64,000 nt of DNA from a virus (taxonomy: Duplodnaviria; Caudoviricetes), in the IMG/VR virus record IMGVR_UViG_3300025066_000012, positions 49,520 to 113,519 of that record; one strand, written 5' to 3'. Made by a program: the position numbers and the translations under genes. Positions within the stretch are counted from its first letter, which is position 1, and every line of letters begins with the position of its first letter. Shown here piece by piece: positions 57,737 through 64,000 of this stretch. The notes beneath the pieces are model-generated. The model did not search any database. It saw nothing but the letters and a program-made list of their open reading frames with translations, and was not told where the DNA came from.

Positions 57737-59179
57737 TTACAGAGTAATCTTCTCGTAACGCTCAGACATGATAGTCTTAAGCATAATCTTCTCGGGAGAG
57801 AAGTCGGAAGAGGAAAGAATGCTAGTCAGAATCGAAGGACTGAATCCAGACACAAGAGCCGTGCCAGCCTCATCAAAGCGAACCGGGACATTGCCACCAT
57901 GAGCATTGAGATTCCAAAAGACAATATTCGGAAGCTCATAGCCTGCGTCAACATACTTCTGTCGAATGGACTCCATAGCGGTCAGGTCAGCGTTCTGAGC
58001 ACACTGATTAAACTCCATATCAGAGATAATCAGAATAGAGTTAGGCATATCACATGCTTCAACCGAAGCTCGCTGTGCGTTAGTCAGAATCAGAGAGAAC
58101 ACAGCCTCAATGTCTGTGGACATTCCCCAATCTGCACGGCGAAGATTCTGCATCTTCTCTACAATGTTCTTTCCAGCAAGCTTCTGTAGCTGCGGAGTTG
58201 AAGAGAATGTAATGAAGCAATCCTTGAACGGACCATTGTTACGGTCTGCAATGTAAGCTCCAAGTCCTACAGATACATCCATCGGCGTAACCGAAGACTT
58301 GTCAGAGTAGCCACAAGTCATGCTTCCAGATACATCAATGACCGGGAGAATACGATGCGGATTATCAATCATCCAGTTAGGCATGGCATCCCACTGAGAC
58401 TGAATCATACGAATCTGGTTCTGGTCCGGTGTCAAAGACTGGTAAGCCTGAGAAGAAAGCTGGTGAGGATAGAGGACACCAGAGTTTACCTTGGCTTCTC
58501 CGCTTTCGAGAGCATCAAGGTACACACTCCAAGTTTCGTCAGAGTGACGAGCAAACGCCTTCTTATAGTTATTCATTGCAACAGACGGAACATGACCATA
58601 CTCAATGGAGTCCCATTCCTTTGCACACATCTGAGTCTCAACAACCTTTGTTCCCTTGACCAAAAGCTTTCGATAAGCCTTCGGAGAGAGTCCCATATGA
58701 TTGCGAATCATATTTGCATAACGAGACTTTGCAGACTTTTGACGCGGCATCCACTTTGAAGCTAGAGCATCGCCAGCATTGAGAGCCGAAGCAATCAGAT
58801 TCAGAACATCAGTCCGAACCGTTGTGTCAAGCAGACACAGAAGATCATCGTATCGACCGTAATGAGGAATCAAATGAAGATTGGAGCGCAGAGCCTCCGT
58901 ATGAACGACCGAAAGGTAGTTTGCGAGTACCCGGAAGATACGACGTTCCCCGGCTCCCTGACGGGCATCACGCGCCCAGAAAAGGGTCTTTAGAGCGTAC
59001 TCGGGATTCTCTTCAAACGCAGCAGAGAAAAGCTGAATAATATCAGAGTCAGAGTGCGAACGCATAGCGGCAATCTGAAAGAACAAATCGACCGAAGCCT
59101 TTGCGCTTGAAAGGTTTGTCACACAACCGTTTTCGGTTACGCCAGAGTTTTCGATAGAAGCAATAAGAGGGCTATACAT
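57737..59179 (-). CDS. DUF2828-type TROVE-like + vWA protein (Ro60-like architecture)
   Basis: TENG, DLFF, FWARD.R.G.GER, YGRYDDL, KWMPR, Y..VPS.AM, LYPHQL, DVSGSM, ISDMEF, VFWNL, VSGFSP. Confidence 0.88.
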   Translation of the reverse strand: MYSPLIASIENSGVTENGCVTNLSSAKASVDLFFQIAAMRSHSDSDIIQLFSAAFEENPEYALKTLFWARDARQGAGERRIFRVLANYLSVVHTEALRSNLHLIPHYGRYDDLLCLLDTTVRTDVLNLIASALNAGDALASKWMPRQKSAKSRYANMIRNHMGLSPKAYRKLLVKGTKVVETQMCAKEWDSIEYGHVPSVAMNNYKKAFARHSDETWSVYLDALESGEAKVNSGVLYPHQLSSQAYQSLTPDQNQIRMIQSQWDAMPNWMIDNPHRILPVIDVSGSMTCGYSDKSSVTPMDVSVGLGAYIADRNNGPFKDCFITFSSTPQLQKLAGKNIVEKMQNLRRADWGMSTDIEAVFSLILTNAQRASVEACDMPNSILIISDMEFNQCAQNADLTAMESIRQKYVDAGYELPNIVFWNLNAHGGNVPVRFDEAGTALVSGFSPSILTSILSSSDFSPEKIMLKTIMSERYEKITL

Positions 59180-59197
59180 AATGAGTTCCTTTTAAAC

Positions 59198-59568
59198 GGG
59201 ATACGTTTTTATTTTAATTAATAGTTAAAGTTTTTAGTTGCTGTTAGTATCCAAAAGACAAAAGACAGGATAGAGTTTGCACATTTTTTATACACTCACT
59301 ATGCGTTCGTGAGCTATTCGTTTTATTTATTGTTTGCTGATCTCTATCCTTAAAAAGCTGGATGCACTTCTATTCCATTGATTATGAATTGCTGTTGGCA
59401 TCCGAAAAAGAACGACAGGGTAGATTGGTGGTCTGATTGTTTAAGCTCACCAGTCCAATGAGCGACTCGCTTTCGCTTTTATTTATTGTTTGCTGTGTCT
59501 ACCCTTAGACAATACTGGGTGCATTTATTTTTAATTTCAAGTTAAATTTTAATTGCTGTTAGCACCCA
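59198..59568 (-). ncRNA. array of five CAGCAA hairpin units (putative structured RNAs)
   Basis: units 59516-59568, 59417-59505, 59359-59404, 59267-59350, 59198-59253; covarying closing stems; invariant CAGCAA 2-3 nt 3' of the 5' arm. Confidence 0.75.
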
Positions 59569-59643
59569 AACTCTTATTACTCAATCCCTCTCAACTAGGC
59601 TATTCTTTTCTGAAAGATTCCTTGCCTAAGGAAATCTCTGATA

Positions 59644-59722
59644 TGGTCCGAGGGGTGGGATTTGAACCCACGTATCTTTCGCTTATAAGACGAATGCTTT
59701 TCCCAGACTTGGCCACCCTCGG
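59644..59722 (-). tRNA. tRNA-Ile(UAU)
   Basis: CCGAGGG/CCCTCGG-A-CCA acceptor, TTCGT-CT TAT AA-GCGAA, GTGGG TTCAAAT CCCAC; weak D stem. Confidence 0.8.
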
Positions 59723-59792
59723 ATAAGGGTGTCTGAAAAACATTATCAGCATATACTTAGCGTCATCAGAAAGATATTGGCCTTAACTATTT

Positions 59793-59996
59793 CTATATTT
59801 CTACTCCAAAATTCCAAACCATTTTGGACAGCGATTCCGATTCGTCCACACTTTCTTTTCCGCCACTCATAAACTCCGCAGAGTAAAGCAGTCGCTCCTT
59901 ATTCTTTTCGGCCGAATCATTGAAGTATGATTCTTTAGCTAGCTGAGAAGGGTCTATAGGCTCTGTGACTGCGCCTTCCCAATGGGCGTCAACATA
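59793..59996 (-). CDS. hypothetical protein, start unclear (SD-linked ATG is out of frame)
   Basis: RLLYSAEFM segment duplicated at 57102-57124. Confidence 0.4.
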   Translation of the reverse strand, partial: YVDAHWEGAVTEPIDPSQLAKESYFNDSAEKNKERLLYSAEFMSGGKESVDESESLSKMVWNFGVEI

Positions 59997-60007
59997 TCCC
60001 GACTCCT

Positions 60008-60334
60008 TTACCACCAACTTGAATACACAATTGTATATCCTCGATTGAGATACTCTAGGGCAATTCCAATGAATTCCTCTGTCTCTGCGATATCCTCTGT
60101 TGTTGACTCTCCCCAAAAGAATCCGCTAGCAGCCTCAAGAGTATTATGTTCTGCTTTGAGCTTTAGAAGATCCTCTTCTTCCAGCTTCAAATCAATACAG
60201 TTGAAAGACTCTTTGCCTCCGCGACTCTCATAGAGATTCTGCATCCAGCCCTGTAGGTTGGAGTGCTTTCGCCACTGACAAATCTTGGTTCGTTCATCAC
60301 TCTTCTGAGCGTAAGCGTACTGGTCAAGTCCCAT
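60008..60334 (-). CDS. conserved phage protein
   Basis: MGLDQY, WRKH..L.GWM, FNC, GFFWG, Y.SWW. Confidence 0.75.
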   Translation of the reverse strand: MGLDQYAYAQKSDERTKICQWRKHSNLQGWMQNLYESRGGKESFNCIDLKLEEEDLLKLKAEHNTLEAASGFFWGESTTEDIAETEEFIGIALEYLNRGYTIVYSSWW

Positions 60335-60381
60335 TCTTTTCTCCACATATATGCTATATTGTTCGTAAATAGAAACTTTAA

Positions 60382-60747
60382 TCAAAGGAATGTTCGATTC
60401 AATCTTCGATTTTCATCAAACCAATAAACAGAGTTAAGCCTCTTTCTGGCTAGAAGTTTCATACAGCCCTTGCATGGCCTAGACTTTGCCAAAGCATCCT
60501 GAGAAACAATCCTAACACAAAGCAAGTCCGCTCCATAAATCTGGTCGCCACGAAGATTCTTAAGAGCATCCCTTTCAGAATGAATTGAAAACCTACGCTT
60601 ATCTCCACCGGGCGGAGCAATCGGAAAATTATATCCCGCGCCAAGAATCCTGTTAGACTTCCAGATTACGCTACCATGACGGTAGTGCATAGGAGATTTC
60701 TTTGCCTGCGAAACTGCAAGCTCCAAAATATCGTCGGGAATCTTCAT
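60382..60747 (-). CDS. cytidine/dCMP deaminase-like zinc enzyme
   Basis: G.GYN, IHSE, SRPCKGC. Confidence 0.85.
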   Translation of the reverse strand: MKIPDDILELAVSQAKKSPMHYRHGSVIWKSNRILGAGYNFPIAPPGGDKRRFSIHSERDALKNLRGDQIYGADLLCVRIVSQDALAKSRPCKGCMKLLARKRLNSVYWFDENRRLNRTFL

Positions 60748-60774
60748 TTAATGTCCTTTGCGGTACACCCGGAT

Positions 60775-60803
60775 ATAGTAGGGACAAGGATCGTATTAGA
60801 AAA
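60775..60803 (-). promoter_or_regulatory. promoter motif copy 8
   Basis: TTTTCTaatacgatccttgtcccTACTAT. Confidence 0.75.
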
Positions 60804-60972
60804 ACCACTGACGCCCCGACCGGGCAAAACATTCACATAAATCTATCGCGGCGTTAGATTTATTCTGCAAGATGGATCTGTCATTACAATAACATAAACA
60901 ATACAAAGCACAGTAAGCATAGCACATGCTTTGGCTCCGGTTACTCCGCCTTTAACTAGCCTCTTTCTAATA

Positions 60973-61227
60973 TTAAATCTCGTCATATTCTTCCCGATCT
61001 AAATAGTGGGCATCAATAATGTCACTAATGCGGCTTGGAGTTGAGTTCCCAAGCATTGGAACGCAAATAATATCTGGCTCACTATCCTTAGTTAAATCAT
61101 ACCCGTCAATTGCTCCGCCAAACTATACACATAGCCAGCGATCATTAACAATCCTAACTAACTCCGCTCCATCAATAATAGATAGAATATCTATTGCTTC
61201 ATACATGATTTCTGTGTTGCTCAACAT
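60973..61227 (-). pseudogene. 84-codon gene with in-frame TAG at codon 35
   Basis: MLSNTEIM...DRWLCV*FGGAIDGY...EYDEI*. Confidence 0.55.
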
Positions 61228-61229
61228 AA

Positions 61230-61970
61230 TTATCCTTCAAATGTTAAAAACTTATTGATATAATCTGGCTCTTTGCCAAACATTGGAGTCTCTAGATTCT
61301 CTGACCATCGAGAGCGAAGCGCACCATTCTGCTCATAAACAATCCTATCTACTGTCGCTCCGCGCTTCTCCCATACCTTAGTGTCATTCCAGTTGACGGG
61401 AACATCAAGGCTCATCAGCATATCCTGCTTGTCTGAGCTATTCTTTTTGTGCAACTCTTTGTGAGAGAAGTGAGCCTGAGCAAGCATTGAAATACTATTC
61501 TTCTCTGCGTCTCTCTGTCGCCATAGGAAAACATTATTAACTTCTTCCTTTGCTATGTTCCAAAACCGTGCATCAAAGTAAGCGGGAGCAGGAGGATTAG
61601 ACCCGTTTTCCACCTCCCATGCCTGATTGAAGGCAACAGAAGCAATCGACGCGGCGACACTACACATCTTCTGTAGCCTATATCCAAACCAAGCATCAGT
61701 AGTTTTGGTCTGCCAATCTACCAATAGAATTGTTATTTCATCTGACTGTGTATATCCAACTTGGCATCCCTGGATTTTACCACAGAGAGCCTTTGTCGCA
61801 CCGACCATACAGCGATGAAACATTTCATCGAATGGTCTGTCAAGATTACGAGTCAGAGTGTGAAATGCTTTGCCATCAAGCCTTCCCATGACAGGAATCT
61901 TTCTTTGAAGAAAGAAGTTACTTGTCTTCTCGTAGTCTTTCATTCGGTCACCGAGAGTCTTGCCAGTCAT
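61230..61970 (-). CDS. tRNA(His) guanylyltransferase Thg1-like protein
   Basis: RMK.YE, RLDGKAFH, YTQSDEI, FDAR, WRQ.DA.KNS. Confidence 0.93.
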   Translation of the reverse strand: MTGKTLGDRMKDYEKTSNFFLQRKIPVMGRLDGKAFHTLTRNLDRPFDEMFHRCMVGATKALCGKIQGCQVGYTQSDEITILLVDWQTKTTDAWFGYRLQKMCSVAASIASVAFNQAWEVENGSNPPAPAYFDARFWNIAKEEVNNVFLWRQRDAEKNSISMLAQAHFSHKELHKKNSSDKQDMLMSLDVPVNWNDTKVWEKRGATVDRIVYEQNGALRSRWSENLETPMFGKEPDYINKFLTFEG

Positions 61971-62118
61971 AGTTAGTCCTCCGTAGGTCGTGGAATCAGC
62001 GCAATTGAACGCCTAATAACAGATAGCGGCGTGCTTCTATACTCGTATGGCAGACTTTCTAGCTCCGCATACCACCCAAACAAACTCTTATCATTCTTGT
62101 CTGGATTCAATTCTCTCG

Positions 62119-62769
62119 CTAGACGTACTGCTTCTGTAAATGAGGATCATCTGCCTCAATAACTCCGTCCATCACCGACTTAAACTTATCTTCCATTGAA
62201 AACGGGAATCCATCGGGAAGAAACTTTTCTTCACCTCTTCCTGGGCTCTTATCGCTTAGGTATTCCATAGCCTCTTCGTGAGTTTTCGCTGGCTCTTTCC
62301 TCCAGCTAGACTCGCTTCTAATTGAGATATATGTATCTAAAGCTTTTAGGATAACGTGCTCTACACTACATGCGTGACACGATGCCCGCAACCACCCTCC
62401 CCAAATCGTGACTCTATCTTCGCTCCCGCAGGCCTCACAGACAGAGCAAGATAGTTCCTCATACTTGGATACAATCTTTCGAGCCTCATCATTGTAATTG
62501 TCAAGGTATACCCTAAGCTCTCCAAACTTCTCTTTGATTTGCCCATACTCTACCGGAGTATAGCTATCACCATGTTCGGCAATACCCTTAGAGTTTAGAG
62601 CACTTAGCTCTTCACTCATTGATTTTAACAGAGGTGCCCATCCTTTCGAAATACAAATGCCGCGCCCCATGCAGGACTCCATATCTGAAAGATGCCATTG
62701 CTTAAAAAGAATAGGATATTTATCTACTAGAGCTAGTTCCCAATCACTTGTGCCTTCTCGATTTGCCAT
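62119..62769 (-). CDS. conserved phage protein with zinc ribbon (paralog of 10787..11233)
   Basis: GW..LL, QIKEKFGELRVY, CEACG, GW....C..C. Confidence 0.7.
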   Translation of the reverse strand: MANREGTSDWELALVDKYPILFKQWHLSDMESCMGRGICISKGWAPLLKSMSEELSALNSKGIAEHGDSYTPVEYGQIKEKFGELRVYLDNYNDEARKIVSKYEELSCSVCEACGSEDRVTIWGGWLRASCHACSVEHVILKALDTYISIRSESSWRKEPAKTHEEAMEYLSDKSPGRGEEKFLPDGFPFSMEDKFKSVMDGVIEADDPHLQKQYV

Positions 62770-62797
62770 ATTATTTTCCCCTTCTTCCTTTAGTTTT

Positions 62798-63145
62798 TCA
62801 AGTTTGCTCTTCCATAATCTCGACAGCCTTATTTATAGCTTTTGAGGGAACAGACTGAATGAAGTCTAGAAATTGTTCAATATCTTCATATAGAACTTTA
62901 TTCTCTACAGAAATAGCCGAACCCATATTAGAAATTGTATCAAAAGACGGAAGGGGAATGGGAGCTTTAGGCAATGACGATAGATTTGTTACGGTCCAAG
63001 CTAGTGTTCCGTTGGGAGTTGCATATAAGTCTCCCGACTGCCACTCCCACTTAGAGCCAAGCTCCCACAGTCTATACCATAGAGGTTTCCACATTTCAAG
63101 TTCTTCGACAGTCCAACTATGACTCTTAGATCTGTACATCTTCAC
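62798..63145 (-). CDS. hypothetical protein
   Basis: ORF only. Confidence 0.6.
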   Translation of the reverse strand: MKMYRSKSHSWTVEELEMWKPLWYRLWELGSKWEWQSGDLYATPNGTLAWTVTNLSSLPKAPIPLPSFDTISNMGSAISVENKVLYEDIEQFLDFIQSVPSKAINKAVEIMEEQT

Positions 63146-63770
63146 GCACCTTAATGTTTCTTACAATGTCTTCAAGACTAGCCGCCGTTACTAATTCCGG
63201 CTCAATTTTTTCTGAGATACCTAAAAATACTTTCGGTCGAGTTAAAAGCTTAAAATGCTCAACGCTTCTTGTAGACCAGTGCCCCCACAGAGAATAGCTT
63301 AGCTTCGCAGGAACAACTGGAACTTTATTACGCGCAATAATCTTTTCAATACCTCGCTTGAATTCGTGCATCTCACCATCAGTTGTAATCTTTCCTTCTG
63401 GAAAGATACACACCAATCGTCCACAGTCCAGATTTTTTGAAATCTGATTGAAAGCCTCAGTGTAAATGGTTTTACTTTCCTTCTTGCTACAAATTGGAAT
63501 CACTTGTCCGATGTTAAGGAACCATCGTAGTGGCCCCATATAGTATCCAATGTAAAGCACAAACCGAATGGGCCTAGGACTCACAGAAGATAGGAGCAAC
63601 CAATCTACAAAAGATATATGATTGCAAACCAAAACACACGCACCATCCTCTGGAATGTTATACTTTCCTCTTACTTTAAAGACGAAAAGAACGCGCGCCG
63701 CAATACGGCACAGTGTTTGCATCACCGCAAAGAACATGAGAGTCAACGGCTTAGTGTGTGCTGTATCCAT
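63126..63770 (-). CDS. PlsC-family acyltransferase
   Basis: NHISFVD (HX4D), IFPEG.IT.DG, F.RG, PVVP. Confidence 0.92.
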   Translation of the reverse strand: MDTAHTKPLTLMFFAVMQTLCRIAARVLFVFKVRGKYNIPEDGACVLVCNHISFVDWLLLSSVSPRPIRFVLYIGYYMGPLRWFLNIGQVIPICSKKESKTIYTEAFNQISKNLDCGRLVCIFPEGKITTDGEMHEFKRGIEKIIARNKVPVVPAKLSYSLWGHWSTRSVEHFKLLTRPKVFLGISEKIEPELVTAASLEDIVRNIKVREDVQI

Positions 63771-63828
63771 TTGCCCTTCTATTTACAGCAATATTAGTTA
63801 GATTCTATTCCTATTTATTCACAATCAT

Positions 63829-63999
63829 CTAATGAAGTAGGGGTTGAGCGTAAAAGAATATGAAGTTTTCAATATCAATCTCGCGAGTAAGAATAAGAGA
63901 GTCACCTCTTGCCCAACCTTGAATCGGGTCTGGACCCCATGAGGGATTGCTGCACTCGCCATTCATATAGGCATCATCATAAAGTTCGATAAGCACAAT
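63829..63999 (-). CDS. 3' end of a gene entering from beyond the window
   Basis: open frame ...IVLIELYDD...YAQPLLH*. Confidence 0.5.
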   Translation of the reverse strand: MVLIELYDDAYMNGECSNPSWGPDPIQGWARGDSLILTREIDIENFIFFYAQPLLH

Positions 64000-64000
64000 C

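Noticed and set aside
59198-59568. CRISPR array
   Set aside because: No identical direct repeats or uniform spacers; the conserved part is a terminal stem enclosing the variable part; no cas genes in the window.
264-63122. Most plus-strand ORFs in the track (e.g. 21512..22030, 50649..51143, 58355..58759)
   Set aside because: Antisense shadows of well-supported minus-strand genes.
1-64000. Genome-wide stop-codon reassignment
   Set aside because: Long conserved genes are intact in code 11, all three stops end genes, and the few internal stops involve TAA, TAG and TGA alike.

Overview
The window looks like 64 kb of a large (jumbo/huge) tailed bacteriophage genome. It is densely coded, almost entirely on the minus strand, in the standard code, with many small unknown ORFs. 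Recognisable genes: FtsK motor, HU, KhpA, Hsp20, GroEL, ClpP, M16 peptidase, AAA+/vWA pair, IMPDH-family enzyme, PurA, ThyX, type II glutamine synthetase, 5'-3' exonuclease, ATP-dependent ligase, RpoH-like sigma factor, SpoU, Thg1, two nucleotidyltransferases, a deaminase, Nudix, PlsC and two tRNAs. No capsid or terminase gene is present, so the phage call is an inference from gene content and layout. Main observations: (1) an array of five covarying hairpins, each carrying CAGCAA, lies between tRNA-Ile and a DUF2828-type TROVE-like/vWA gene, a candidate Ro60/Y-RNA-like ribonucleoprotein system; (2) a short class I release factor needs a +1 frameshift at CUU-UAG-C (prfB-like but amber) and has a hybrid SPT specificity motif; (3) a stop-containing 12-nt hairpin insert sits in the PurA P-loop; (4) tRNA-Arg(UCU) carries a group I intron; (5) eight unrelated proteins share an N-terminal leader; (6) there are three recurring intergenic motifs, including eight TTTTCT-N17-TACTAT promoters. 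All calls are by eye; no searches were run.
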